From NCBI GenBank assembly GCA_964016885.1, contig OZ024743.1, positions 22,568,001 to 22,632,000 on the forward strand: a DNA stretch of 64,000 nt. Direction: 5' to 3'. The notes below the pieces were generated by a model. That model saw nothing but the letters and a program-made list of their open reading frames with translations. It was not told where the DNA came from and did no database searches. A program made the translations under genes and the position numbers. Source of the DNA: Eledone cirrhosa (taxonomy: Eukaryota). Below, piece by piece: positions 36,817 through 50,993 of this stretch (position 1 is the stretch's first letter; each line of letters starts with the position of its first letter).

Positions 36817-37848
36817 CTGAAAATATTAAAGAACAAAAAATAAATATAGAATCTTCTAGTAGGACCATGGAAATCTACATTATATAAATGTTCTTATTTT
36901 TATTTTCATGCATAAATGTATATATCTCAAGTAAAATTAGATATTTCAAGTAATGAAATTTAGCCAAAGAAAAATCAGTTACTCCTTTACTCTTTTATAT
37001 ATTCCAATAAATTAACTTATAGAATTCCACCGAAAATGGATTTGGTCATTCTTTTAAAAATATTTTGTTCATCATGTGGCAGGTATTACAAGGTATTTTA
37101 ACCTAGAAATTGCTGTAAGTTGTAACCTAATTCATCTCCAGCCAGAAAGCACCAGTTAGACTATGCTTCATTGATGAAGTCTAATAGTACCGAAACATCC
37201 AAGGAATTGTTATTACACTGCTGAAGAATAAATTTCATCCCACTCTATTCTATTTTTTAATTACTTATAATTGATTCCAAGGTTGTCTCCCCTACTTTTC
37301 CTGAATAAAATTAAGATAATATTTTCTCCTCATTAGTACGACTGCAATTTCAATTATCAAAAATGTCTTGTCGCACACATTGTGTATGTTAGGCCCCACT
37401 TCAATATCTATTTTGCTGTCAGGTGAACTACTACAAGGTAAGTACCTTGATCAAAGACACAGTGATGCACTAATATATGATATGAATGTCAGACCCTTTA
37501 AATATAGCTGTGGCTGCCATCGACAACACAGCCATAAATGAAAAACAACATCTGATGATCCATTTATGATTTAACAAAATAGATAACAGAGTCGGCTGGA
37601 ACAGGCAAAGACACATAAACTAACAAAATAGCACACAGAAAATAAATATATCTCATTCTATTTCTTCATATGAAGCTATTTTACTCTGAATTGTTAAAAA
37701 TATTCGCTATGTTTTAATTTAGCATATACAGTAAGCACAAGCAAACTGAATCTAACACTTACAATAACGCTAAATAATAACTTTAGTAAAACCACAATTC
37801 TCTATGTTTAGTAGTCAATTAAGTATTTATGTTAATATAGGATCTTAC

Positions 37849-38367
37849 CACTGTTTTCTGGTTAAGCTTATCTCTATCTTCATTTTCAACTGGTGGTGTT
37901 TGGATTGGATGGAATGCTGACATTGGTGGATCATCTAATATTTCAGGTGTTAATTGCTCAGGCGAAGTAGATGCAGAAGCGCCCCAGCTTTGTAGGGATT
38001 CAGTTGGAGTTGACCCTTCACCACTCGGTTTCAGTGGATTGGAATCAAATGAAAAAGTCTTTTTAAAAGATGGACGGAGTTTTTGTTTCATAGCTTTGAA
38101 TAAATCGGATGGTTTCATGATTGATGGAGCGGCAGGCTGTGCTGCTTGGAAGCCTACTCTGGCGATAGAACTCATTACAGGATTGTCTACGCTACTTGAT
38201 TTTTTAAACAGACGCCTTTTCTCTTTAACATTTACTGGCTTTACGTTTACAACATTTTCTGTCGATGATGAAGCGACGGTAATTTCTCGCTTTTCAGATT
38301 CAACAACTTTGATGCTATCACTCCACGAGACAGAGTGCTTAGACTCACTACTTGTTAAAACCTTAAT
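37849..38367 (-). CDS. Same gene, Ser-rich exon (173 codons, phase 0-0)
   Basis: atttcttttccag|ATTAAG ... ACAGTG|GTAAGA; IKVLTSSESK...DKLNQKTV. Confidence 0.88.
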
Positions 38368-38481
38368 CTGGAAAAGAAATATGACAGTTGCATTATAAGA
38401 ATAAAATATAAATATATATTTAAAAAGAATCAATCACATAAAAAAACCCACTGATTTAAACATTTACCTATAAACACACAC

Positions 38482-38622
<141 letters not shown>

Positions 38623-38724
38623 ATGGGAAAAAGGTTATTCATGGGTGTTTGACTTGCTACAAGTAACAGACAAATCATCATCAAACCACGTCCAATTGTA
38701 TTAATGCAAGTAAGATACATTAAA

Positions 38725-38910
38725 TAATTGTTTCTACTTTTGGCACAAGGCCAGCAATTACCCAGTGCATTACTGGTACTTTATTTTATCGACCCCGTAA
38801 GGATGAAAGGCAAAGTTAACCTCGGCGGGATTTGAACTCAGAATGGCAAGGGCCGTAACTCTATGCGTCAAAGCATGGCGTCCGACCCTCTACCGATACT
38901 GCCAATCCAC
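38725..38910 (-). mobile_element. SINE family A, near full-length, intronic
   Basis: Reverse complement of the 507-660 and 54462-54630 copies. Confidence 0.88.
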
Positions 38911-39242
38911 ATTAAATAATATTATCCCAGACTATCTCTACAATAAAGGGTATGGTCATGGTTGAGATAGACCACAAGAGTATAGTCGATTACATCAACC
39001 TACTACTTGACAGGCATTACACTTTATCAACCCCCTCAAGGATGACAGGCAAAGCTGAATTCAGCAGGATTTGAACACAAACTGTAAAGTGATGTATTTT
39101 GTTCCTTGTTTTGCTCATCCACCGCCTTACAAAATAATTTGATAATTCTGAAGAATTTATTTTATTGAAGGTATTTAGTTTAATATATGTTATTATTTTA
39201 TTAACGATAATATTCCCATTAATTTTTAAATGGTTTACTTAC

Positions 39243-39936
39243 CTCGCCTGCATCAGGCATACTCATCTGTCTGCTGTGACCGAAGCCAGCTCCACGTCTG
39301 GGCCACGACATACCATAATCAGAAACCGGTTTATTAGCAAAGAACTGCTTCCGTGCTGACATTGGAGATACATTATCACTGCTGACACTCCTTGTTGGTA
39401 TCGGAAGATTTGGTGCTATTGGTTGAAATGCCGATGACGAAGGTATTGTTGTCGTCGAAGTAGACATACGCGGCAGCGTTGATGACATCGACAAGTTAAG
39501 GGAAGTTGCTGATTTAGTGACCAAAGGCTGTGTTTTTGGTGGTTTTTCTTCAGATTTTGTGCTCGAGACAGAGAAAATTACTTCTTGGTTGTCCATCGAT
39601 ATGCTTTTGATTAATGTTTTATTTTTAGGTAATTCCCCTGAGAGAGAGGAAGCTGCTTGCGAACTGCTTACGGAGACTGATTGAGGCTTCTGCTTGGAGG
39701 CTCGTGAGGGAGATGGCGAACGAGATTTAGTATTATAACTCATGGTCAATTGAGGAGTTAACAACTCTGTTGAAGAGGTAGTTACAGTCATTTTTTGAAG
39801 AGCGTCGCTAGTGTGGCTTCGAGTGATACTGCTACCATTACCGGCTGACACTGGTGATAATAAGCCTGATGATGTGTCGGTACCGAGGACATTCTCAAGT
39901 TCTTTGTGGAGTTCTAACTGGGTACTGGACAGACTT
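39243..39936 (-). CDS. Same gene, Ser/Thr/Pro-rich exon (694 nt, phase 2-0)
   Basis: ttcatcataattag|AAGTCTG ... GGCGAG|GTAAGT; SLSSTQLELHKELENVL...RSPSPSR...SMPDAGE, predicted disordered. Confidence 0.88.
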
Positions 39937-40980
39937 CTAATTATGATGAATAAAAGGAAAATACCTTGTAGAAAACAACAGCAACCATGAAAACAACATC
40001 AACAAGAAGAACAACAAAACCAACAACAATTACGATAACATCAGCAGCAGCAAAAACCGACTACTTACAAAAAATAAATGATTTAAAAATGATAAAAGAT
40101 TTAGGAAAATCAACCCTTAGTTACAAATCACATATCAGAAATGTACTCTCGGGTCCCACATAATAGGGGTTGGAGTTGGACATTTGCTTAAATTCTTATA
40201 AACAGAGGGTGGTGGGGTGAAATAAACGGGAGGGGCTTCGGTAATTGTATAGTTTACTTTCGTAAATATGGGATTTCTTGTAATGTTCTCTTTTTGTCAT
40301 ATATAATGTTTTTTTTTATGTAAAAAAAATATTATTAGATTATTCAGATGCTGTATCAATATGAATCACTCACAATAAAATTTCGCCGGAGATAGATTAG
40401 AAAATTTAATAAGCGGGAGGGGGGGGAGGGGTAAAATCCGAAAAAAAAAAGGATTATTCAAAACCCAGAGATTATTTACTAGATAACAGCTTTTATGGTA
40501 ATGAAAATGAAACTAACACTGAATGGTAATTACATACATATAACTGGCAATCAAGGAATATATTTAATGATATAATTCGTATTTTTCAAATTTTATTTCC
40601 ATTTATATTTTGAGAGAAATGTCAGCCCTTGTATTGTTTGAAAGACATAATCACGCTGATTAAATCTTAATTTAAATAGAATTGCTGTTACGCCCGTATA
40701 GCGGCGGTTGTTATTTACAGATTTACGTATACACAGGAGTTATTTCCCTTGTACTTCTTGCATACACGTGGACTTGAGAAAAGACTCGTTAAATTCAAAG
40801 TACTGCCTCATGTTTCATCAATGAAATGCGTAACTATTTATAAGTAGTTGAACAGGGTTATTGGAAGTAACATACATTCAGCTCAGACATAATGCATTCA
40901 CGAGAAGAAGCTAAGAGAAAGGGACAGCTCGGCCAAGAATCTCAACGTAGTTCAAGCTTCATTTAAATTTTGATACTTAC

Positions 40981-41066
40981 CTTCTTACTTGAGATTGAAC
41001 TTCCCGATCTTTAGAATCAATGTATCGCATGAGATCCTCTGACATTGTGTTTACTACGATTGAAAC
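40981..41066 (-). CDS. Same gene, internal exon (86 nt, phase 0-2; not in ORF track)
   Basis: ctttctaattgtag|GTTTCA ... AGAAG|GTAAGT; VSIVVNTMSEDLMRYIDSKDREVQSQVR(R); phase matches the next exon. Confidence 0.85.
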
Positions 41067-41546
41067 CTACAATTAGAAAGTCGAAATATGTATTTGTTTA
41101 ATATATTGATTCAAGTTTGAAATCAACGTTTTGTTTTATGGTTTAGTATAGAAGGAAAAACAACACTCATGTCATTTTTAAAAGGCTACGAGTCCGACGT
41201 GAGGATAAGCAGGAAGAAACTGTAACATGTGTTGCTGCAATATGAAGCAATGTACTAAGATATCGAGTTAGTCTCAGTCAGGAAACCCCGATCTGTGTTT
41301 TTGAAACAGAATGGACTTCACTAGAAGCACCTAAGATCCATGTAATGGTATGAAATGTGCTAAACTGAGGCAAAAACCAAACCAAACCGTGAGTGTGTTT
41401 TACTATATTTATCTGGCAATATTTGAACATGACCCTCTCCCAATATAACTATCTGTTTCAACACACGATTTCATATAAAAAACCTTGCAAAACAAATACA
41501 TCGCCGTATATAAATATCTAAAATAATATAATATATACATATACAC

Positions 41547-41601
<55 letters not shown>

Positions 41602-42298
41602 AAAGCATGTATTGAATTAGAAACTCAAAATAGTCTCATTACAGTAAATTAGCTCTAGGAAAAAGATTTTTCCGAGCAGTATATAACTGAACAAAAAGGA
41701 AAAACGAACACAGACATATATATATATATGTGTTCAAATCGTAATGGACCAAAATCGCTAAGGTGAAAAAAATACTAACTACAGACAATAGGGTTTGCTA
41801 GACTCAATTTAAGAATAAATTAAGAAAAATAAATACAAACCAGTCAGTCTTTGATAGAACCGCTTCGCAATATTATTTATGAAGAGATATACCAAATTCC
41901 AGGCTCATCAGTGAGTGAAGAAATTTTGTTCAGTTATATATATATGTATATATAAATACATATATGCGCCGCGCGTGTGTGTGTCTCGGGTTCAATCGAG
42001 GGTAACCACAGTAAGGTACTCAATACATTGCAGAATATAAATGTTTAATATAGAAATGGTTTCTACAGGACTAGAACTGTTTCATATATATATATGTTGT
42101 AGTGGTTTGAATATACAAAGGTGTAGCATAATGTGGGCCTTTATATAGAAATATGTTTACAAAAACGCTACATATATTTCCAAGCTGGTCTTACCAAATG
42201 TTCACGGACTTTTCATTTCTAGTCAAACATGTTATATTTATATATACATGTTTTATATAAATACAAACACATACACACATTCACATACATACGCGCGC

Positions 42299-42404
<106 letters not shown>

Positions 42405-42499
42405 GAGTGTGCGTGTGTGCATTTATCGTATGTCATATATACACATTTTATTCAGCACTAAAGCTGTGTGTGTAAAGTCATACTTAATGAATTACTTAC

Positions 42500-42523
42500 C
42501 TCTTGAAGGTGAGGTGATACAGT
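42500..42523 (-). CDS. Same gene, 24-nt microexon TVSPHLQE (phase 0-0)
   Basis: ttttttcttgttttgtag|ACTGTATCACCTCACCTTCAAGAG|GTAAGT: strong acceptor, consensus donor, frame-preserving. Confidence 0.7.
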
Positions 42524-43791
42524 CTACAAAACAAGAAAAAAATACGAATCTTAGTACAATAAAAATCTTAGTATACTAAGTTAGTAGTAAGTATTAAAAG
42601 GATCAAAACTCTTGGTGGGCTCCTCGAAACGCCGTCGTGACATACGGCGTGTCCTGGGTATTTTAAAGCTGGCGGAGCCCAGCCCTTTTCAGGTCGGACA
42701 CAGTCCATTTCTTCCAGAGAAAAAAAAAGAGAGAGGGAGAGAGAGACTGATGAATATAGAAAGATGGCGAAAGAGACATAGAGAGAGAGAGAGGGAGAGA
42801 GAGAGAGAAATTAGCAAAGAGGAAGAAGCGACACCAGTACTGGATGGGTAATTTATTTATCGATCTGGAAAGGTAGTTTTAATCTAATAACCCTAATGAC
42901 TCTGCCAGTTCACCGCAGTGCAACACTTATTGTAAAATAACTTTGATAAAACAAATAAATATTATGACGTAATTACATGATTATATTACACCATGGTGAA
43001 TTACAAAATCATAAAGTACTGAATAAAATGTCTCTACATTTCTTTGCCTTCTGAGATTAAATTCGGAGGGAATATAATTTGCTTGTTCAGAGATGCCGAT
43101 AAAATAACTGAAGTCGATTGTAATTGGCTATATTTATCTTAAAAGCAATACGTGATTTGGAATTTTCGCCAAGGCTGGCTTATCAAAACTCTCCGAGGCA
43201 ATAAGTACCAACAATTAGTCATATGAATGAATACAAGTACAGCTTAAAAAGTAACCCTTTTTACAGAAGTATTCAGTTCTAAAAGGATGTAGTTCGGTAT
43301 AGAAGTAAGTGTGATTGTGTGGCAATGAAAGGAACTAGGTGATTATATCCCTTCTATAAATTGAATTATATTATCTTCATTCTATGTAAAAATATATAAT
43401 CTAAATACAATTTTAAATTATCCGTGAAACATAATTCGGCTAGTTAGATTTATATTACATCGTTATTATTTCAATTTTCAACAGTTCTGTTTTTCTATGC
43501 TACCTAATCTTGTACATTAATTTGGTGATTCAATCATTAGTATTTTAGCAAGGCTATGCTTCACTGATGATGTCAGAATAATACTGAAACTTGTGCAAAG
43601 TTGTTTCTCGTACTTATGAAAACTATCAAATTTTGCATACGATGTTGTTTAAACAATAGTTTACTTTTCTCATCAGATATCTAGTTAGCTTTTTCATAAC
43701 ACACGCATTCAATATATTCAACACAAACTTAGTGAATTTAGGTTAGCAATTAGAAATCAGAAACAAATATATAATGTTATAAAGGTATTAC

Positions 43792-43887
43792 CTGTGGAAA
43801 ATGTTTACTGCTTCGTGAAATGATGTTTGCATTGATTTCACCCTCTGGACCTTTATCCATTTCCAATAAGGATTTGATGTGATTTAA
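43792..43887 (-). CDS. Same gene, internal exon (32 codons, phase 0-0; not in ORF track)
   Basis: ttcattgtcatttctag|TTAAAT ... CCACAG|GTAATA; LNHIKSLLEMDKGPEGEINANIISRSSKHFPQ continues the preceding helix in frame. Confidence 0.8.
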
Positions 43888-43987
43888 CTAGAAATGACAA
43901 TGAAAAAACATAACAAATGTTATTTCTTTCAAACACTAAGTGATGGATAATGTTTATTATTCCGTTGTAGAACCCCCTCCTATACGT

Positions 43988-44083
<96 letters not shown>

Positions 44084-44190
44084 GTATGTAAAAGGTAAAC
44101 AGAAATAACAACACAATCGGTACAGTATATGGAAGGTATATATTAGGTTAATGCTTGATATACCAGACGCTTGATATACCAGGAAGAGGG

Positions 44191-44226
44191 TCTTAACGTT
44201 TCGGACGCTAGTCCTTCATCAGAAGA
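44191..44226 (-). ncRNA. Minimal hammerhead motif, classic Penelope-like form
   Basis: tctt-CTGATGA-a-ggac(tagc)gtcc-GAAA-cg-TT-aaga (palindromic ACGT stem III); same strand as the host gene, within an intron. Confidence 0.68.
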
Positions 44227-44319
44227 AAGAATGAGAAATAAAATAGCTTGAAGGGACGGGTGGAATGGAATTGGAAAAAAATGTCTTTAGATAAAAATAA
44301 CAGGTCCATTCATGTTAAC

Positions 44320-44483
<164 letters not shown>

Positions 44484-44947
44484 CTATATTAGGATTGGTT
44501 TGCTGAAAAAAGAAGTAAGTGACATAGTCACTACTTTAAAATAATAGCGCAAGGTCTTCAAAATGTTTTAAATTAAACATACGGTATATTACCAAATATA
44601 CTATACATGCATTCATATATATATATATAATGTATGTGTGTGTGTTTATGTGTGTATTATGGACCCGTAACTCGTAGGACTGCCGTAATGGCATACGTCG
44701 TTTATTGGCCATTTATAACCCGGTGGAACCCATCTCCTCTCCAGGAGAGAGAATATTTATGGTCTTGTATATGCATATATATATATATATATACAAGTCC
44801 ATAAATTCCCCGACTAAAACGTAAACGTATCTAAATTAAATACATATATATGTATGTATGTACACATACACACAAACATATGTATTTATATATATAATAT
44901 ATATAATACTGAACCCATGTGTGTTGTTAGATGCTTAATATTCTTAC

Positions 44948-45127
44948 CTGATATAAAAGATCTTCTATCTTGCGACTATCTTTTAGCAATCTCTGTCGCT
45001 GTTCTGCCACCTGACGTACAAGTTCATTTTTCTCTATCAACCAGTTCTGTTGGTCTTTCACATTTGTCTCTTCTAAGTCCTGGTATTTAATTTGCAACTC
45101 TTTTAGCTTTCTACCACTCGATTCCAA
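44948..45127 (-). CDS. Same gene, internal exon (60 codons, phase 0-0)
   Basis: ttttcttttatag|TTGGAA ... TATCAG|GTAAGA; LESSGRKLKELQ...KIEDLLYQ. Confidence 0.9.
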
Positions 45128-45309
45128 CTATAAAAGAAAACAATTGTAATATTATGACAATTAACGATGAACACATGCAAACATATACTTGAACATAACT
45201 GATGGGATGATCAGAGCTATGATTTCCAATGTAAAATACTGAAACAAAAGAAAACAAACAAACATCAGAGCCGTCTAATAACATAAATATTATTGATGAT
45301 CTTTACCGT

Positions 45310-45722
45310 AAACGCATCCAGTACAGTCCAAAAGTGATTGGTGAAAGCGTGTTAAACAAAGGGTCGGAAGGATGCTCCTGTTGTGTCAAAGATATGACAA
45401 CTCTCTAGTCTTGCTGATCTACACAATAAACGCACTCAGTGCACTCTGTAAAATGGTAGATCATAGGAGTGGCATCCAGCCGGAGAAAGGTCGCCAAACA
45501 AAGGGTTGGGAAGACTCTCCAGTAGTGTCAAAGACAAGAAAACCTGTCTAGTGCTGGTGCCAAGGGAAAATGCACTCCGTAGAGTGTAGGAATGTATGCA
45601 AGTGAGATGCAGATCCTTTATCCATGTGAGAGGCCAGTAGTTCCGATTGAGTACTGACTCGGTCAGTAATGACCCGACTAATCCTTACGAGCAGAGAAGA
45701 CAGACGTTAAATGATGATGCCG
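45310..45722 (+). mobile_element. Degraded RTE-3'UTR-related repeat with (GAT)n tail
   Basis: GCACTCAGTGCACTCTGTAAAATGG..GGCATCCAGC and GACGTTAAATGATGATG resemble the 3'UTR of the RTE at 22067-22290. Confidence 0.6.
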
Positions 45723-46159
45723 ATAACTATTATAATAACTAGTGTCTATAGATATTATCTGGACCATTCTGGAGGGTATTATCAATCCAACGGAGAAATC
45801 TGCATACAAGTTTTCTTGGATATTACTCGTAGTTTCTGTAAGAAATAAGAATCGAGTTCTGAATTGGATATCAGGTAAATCTAATTCATTTCACCAGTAA
45901 TATCACGAGTAAATTCATACAATGCAATCTCCCTTTCCATCAGAATCGAGTATATATATATATGTGTGTGTGTGTATGATATTTGGTATGAATCGAAGTT
46001 TTAGCCGAAATATAGCTCAATGAAGCCAAAAGTTAAACACAAAAGTTAACAGAGTGTAACACCAAGAAAAACAACCGAAGGCGGTGGCCATACTTATACT
46101 ACAACAAAAGATAAATACAAATAGGTTAACGTATTCATATATATATATATATATATATA

Positions 46160-46668
46160 TAAGAGTACTACAATCGCTTGTCAGATTATAGAGTTTGGTG
46201 CACTTTTAGGCTACGGCCAGTCACACAAACGTGTAACATATCCTGAACAAGCAATACCTGTGCTTTGAAGGTTTTTTAAGTGAGGAAAGGTCTTGCTCTC
46301 GTCCAATCCCATTCTCTGAGCATTGAAAACACTACCCGAAAAGGAGAACTGGTCAACATCAACGGATGCTTCAGAAGCCGCAGAGTTTCCCTCTCCTAGA
46401 AAGGTGTTGTGACAAAAACTGGGGGCCTTTCACTCCCAGGTGATAAAAAAAATTTCTATTTGGATGGCCGTTGACTCTGCTGAGCTCCTCCGCCCTTTGA
46501 CTATGTCAGATCGCCTCCGACTGCTACTGGTAACATGTAACCCAGTACAACCTGTCTCATGATCGAGTCGTCGGCGACTAAACCGGCAACCCCACCAAGC
46601 TTGCTTCGTGAGGAGGGGGATATTTGGACACCCTGCAGGATGAAATACAAGACCCGGCAAAGGGCGGA
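46160..46668. repeat. GC-richer intronic insertion between (TA)n and (CATA)n, class unknown
   Basis: Composition differs from the flanks; 11-bp inverted match tccgccctttg (~46489) / caaagggcgga (46658-46668). Confidence 0.4.
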
Positions 46669-46690
46669 CATACATACATACATACATACA

Positions 46691-46723
<33 letters not shown>

Positions 46724-46747
46724 CAGAAATGTATAGCTTCTTCAAAC

Positions 46748-47002
46748 CTCTGCAAATTTCTTCTCGAGTTCTACTCTTTTCTTATCCCATGTGAATCTTT
46801 CGCTCTCCAAGCGATTCATGAGTTGTTTCCTTTCTTTAGAATAAGCTTCATCTCGAGATTTCAACTGTTGTTGTAAGTCCATAGCTAAGTTATGAGCTTC
46901 TGTTAATAGGCGTTTCTGTTCGGCCCTTTCTTTCTCCCATACTTTCTTTGACATCATTTCATCTTCGCTGCTCTTCGACAGGGATGCCATATGATTCTCA
47001 AG
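46748..47002 (-). CDS. Same gene, internal exon with SOGA/MTCL-like signature (85 codons, phase 0-0)
   Basis: tttctttaatag|CTTGAG ... GCAGAG|GTTTGA. EQKRLLTEAHNLAMDLQQQLKSRDEAYSKERKQLMNRLESERFTWDKKR resembles, from memory, the vertebrate MTCL1/SOGA1 segment of the form KRLLADSHSLVMDLRWQ...EKNWNREKVELLDRLDRDRQEWE. Needs BLAST confirmation. Confidence 0.88.
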
Positions 47003-47391
47003 CTATTAAAGAAATAAAGTAGTATTATTACACCGGGAACTTTCATGATTCTATGTGTATGTAAAGATGGATGGGTGTCTTTGTGTATGTATGTTTGTAT
47101 ACAAGCTGTATATACACACATATATATATACATATATATGTGTGAGTCTGTGTGTATATATATACACATATATATATATATACGCATATATATATATGTG
47201 CGTGTATATATATATATGTGTGTGTGTGCGTGTTTATATATATATACATATATATGTATATATATATATGTATATATATATGTATGTATGTATATGCAAA
47301 ATAAACAGTAACAACAAAGCGTACAACTCAATACAATGAAGAAATATATTAGTTTAACGTTTGATATCAGAAGATAATTAATTGCATTTAC

Positions 47392-47559
47392 TTGATTTTT
47401 CTCACTCAGAATACTTGAATAATCAATTTCCAAGGCTGACTTCTCTGTTGCGAATTTGTTGGCTTGTTCCAGGAACAAACGCTCTTGGTCTTCAACTTTC
47501 ATTTGTAGTTTTTCCACTTGACTTTTCAGCTGGTTAACTTCGTTTTGTCCCTTCTCAGC
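47392..47559 (-). CDS. Same gene, internal exon (56 codons, phase 0-0)
   Basis: ctattgcag|GCTGAG ... AATCAA|GTAAAT; AEKGQNEVNQLKSQ...ILSEKNQ. Confidence 0.88.
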
Positions 47560-47889
47560 CTGCAATAGTTAAAATAATGAGATATGAAGATTTAATATTT
47601 TTCTATATAATATGTGATATTTTTTTGTCAGGAGTAAATCAATTTGATTTATTACATGCATATAACAAATTGCATTTTGTATGCGAATGATAAATTGGAT
47701 GGCATGACTTTAGAAAGATGATGAAGAATGGATTTTTTGGTGATACATATATACATATATAATCTATGTTATATATAATATATATATATATATACATTGT
47801 ATGTTATATATAATATATAATATATATGTAGAAATACACACATACACACACATAGACACACACACACATAGACACACACACACACACAT

Positions 47890-48026
<137 letters not shown>

Positions 48027-48210
48027 TATATATACATATGTAGGCATTAATTTGTGTTCTACCTAATCAAGGTAGGATTTATAACCACGTTAGAATATTC
48101 CATCGAAGCAAAGTGAAATCTGCTTTTGTGGAAAAAAATATATTGTATATATTGTTTATTATTCAAAACTACTTAGTCAGATATGTAAAGTTGAATGTTT
48201 AATATTACAT

Positions 48211-48520
48211 ACAGGCATCGAAAACCCCCTTCGATCACGAGTGACCATGTGATTTGCAAGTCCGGGCAAGGCTTTCTGAGGAAGACCAGTAGTTGCCCAT
48301 GTATACAGTCTCCCCTCTCCACGCCACCGATGATGTCCAAGAAAGGCTATAGCCGAAACAGCTTGGCACCAGTGATGTCGCAACTCATTTCTACAGCTGA
48401 GTAAACTGGAGCAACGTGAAATAAAGTATCTTGCTCAAGGACACAACGCATCACCCGTTCCGGGAATTGAACTCACAAACTTTCGATTGCAAGCCCAATG
48501 CTCTAACCACTAAGCCACAC
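48211..48520 (-). mobile_element. tRNA-derived SINE, family B
   Basis: GTGGCTTAGTGGTTAGAGC A-box, GAGTTCAATTCC B-box, TGTGTCCTTGAGCAAG central motif; degraded relative at ~61150-61366. Confidence 0.85.
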
Positions 48521-48724
48521 ATACACACACATATATATATATGCCACCCCACACACACTTATATACATATACATGTATGTGTGTATATTTATATGTCTGT
48601 ATGAGTGTATGTATATATGTTAGGCTATTGCTGGTTTCATTAAAATGTAATAACATGCTTAGTATTGGGTTTTTTGAAACCATACTAAAGAAGCGAATAC
48701 TTAAATTCTATTATCTTAACGTAC

Positions 48725-48997
48725 CTCAGTAGCTTTGGTTTCAAACATCTCCTTGTCAGTTTGCCAACGGCTTCTGTCTTGGGTATATTTGTCTTTAAGG
48801 TTGAACATACCACGCTGTACACCTCGAATAATCTCTTGTTGGAGTTCCCGTTCTTTCGCTACACGCTCCGAATTAATGAGTAATTGGTTGTAATCTCGTT
48901 GTAGCTTCTCAATCTTGGTCTCATAACGAACTTTCATAGCTAACTGTTCCGCTTTTCTCACCCTCTCTTCCTGCTGTAGTTGATACGCCAATGTTGC
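48725..48997 (-). CDS. Same gene, internal exon (91 codons, phase 0-0)
   Basis: ttatatttctcag|GCAACA ... ACTGAG|GTACGT; ATLAYQLQQEERVRKAEQ...FETKATE, coiled coil. Confidence 0.9.
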
Positions 48998-49207
48998 CTG
49001 AGAAATATAAGAAAGTATAATAATACATGTTTACATATAGTGAGAATTAGATTCAGAATAAAGGCGTATACGAGAGCATATACAATATGTCTATGTATAA
49101 TAAACATGCATAGTTTATTGTATTTAAGCTGCGATCATATCGCCAAATAATGGTATTTCAGGATCGTTAATCAATCATCAGTAACGCTTACTCACACGGT
49201 AGTGATA

Positions 49208-49298
<91 letters not shown>

Positions 49299-49392
49299 CA
49301 TTATAAAGAAATAAGAAACATTAGATATAATTAATAATTAATTAATGTGGGTATATTCATGTATATTCGCATGTGCCTGTGTATTTCTTTAT

Positions 49393-49445
<53 letters not shown>

Positions 49446-49577
49446 TAAAGAGTCGAACCCCAACGGCTGAGCTCTTACCCTTTCAACAACTAGTCGCGAC
49501 TATTTATAATATAGCCATACTCTACTATCCCAAGTATCCGTTGACTATTGGTGTAACTAGTTTTAAACCGGCTCTAT

Positions 49578-49678
<101 letters not shown>

Positions 49679-50121
49679 CACACACACACACACACATATA
49701 TATATATGGTGGCTGCCAACTCGTTTTCGAGTACGGCCACTACTTTATATCCATGTAGGAGAACTCCTACTGATGCGCTAAACAAGTGTGACTTTTTAGT
49801 CCAGCCAGCGACTTGAAAACTCTGGTACAAACACTACACCTGTGACAATTATTGACACATAGTGCTGGGCCCATGGTACCATGTGACGACAAGTGCAGAG
49901 AGATCTCCAGATATAAAGCAATGCCTGTGCTGTGAAGCTTTTATAGTGAGGAAAGGCACTGCACAAAGCCAGTCCCACTCTCTTAACCAAGATGATATTT
50001 ACCAAAAAGAAGAACAAGTCAACATCATTGGATACCATCAGGGTTGCAGGTGTTATATCAGAGTTTTCCTTCTCCTAGAATTCTGCCTTGACAAAGGCTA
50101 AGGGGTCATCTCTCCCGGATA

Positions 50122-50714
<593 letters not shown>

Positions 50715-50866
50715 TATTGATGCACTGTCTTATAAAGCATCCGAAACTATAAGGATCCCCAGAAAGACAGACGGTGAGTGAGAATTGTTGGAAACAATAT
50801 AACCTACATTTACGCATATAATGCACGTATCAAACTATACACACTACACACACTCACACGCACGCA

Positions 50867-50993
<127 letters not shown>

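Noticed and set aside
42646-42710. Extra exon (MDCVRPEKGWAPPALKYPGHA)
   Set aside because: Its open frame needs a phase-1 acceptor but the upstream exon ends in phase 0, where the frame hits TAA. The acceptor (GAAG) is weak. A poison exon is not excluded.
43563-43600. Further CTGATGA..GAAA matches (also ~18277, 34546, 37171, 41910, 51062)
   Set aside because: Stems are missing or too degenerate to call as hammerheads, though some may be decayed copies.
46540-46668. HDV-like ribozyme near CCCCTCCTCACG on the minus strand
   Set aside because: Could not assemble the P1/P2 nested pseudoknot by eye; only a simple hairpin is visible.
48440-48520. tRNA gene (also 53890-53981 and 30540-30613)
   Set aside because: A/B boxes are present but the cloverleaf is incomplete and continues into SINE or fold-back bodies.
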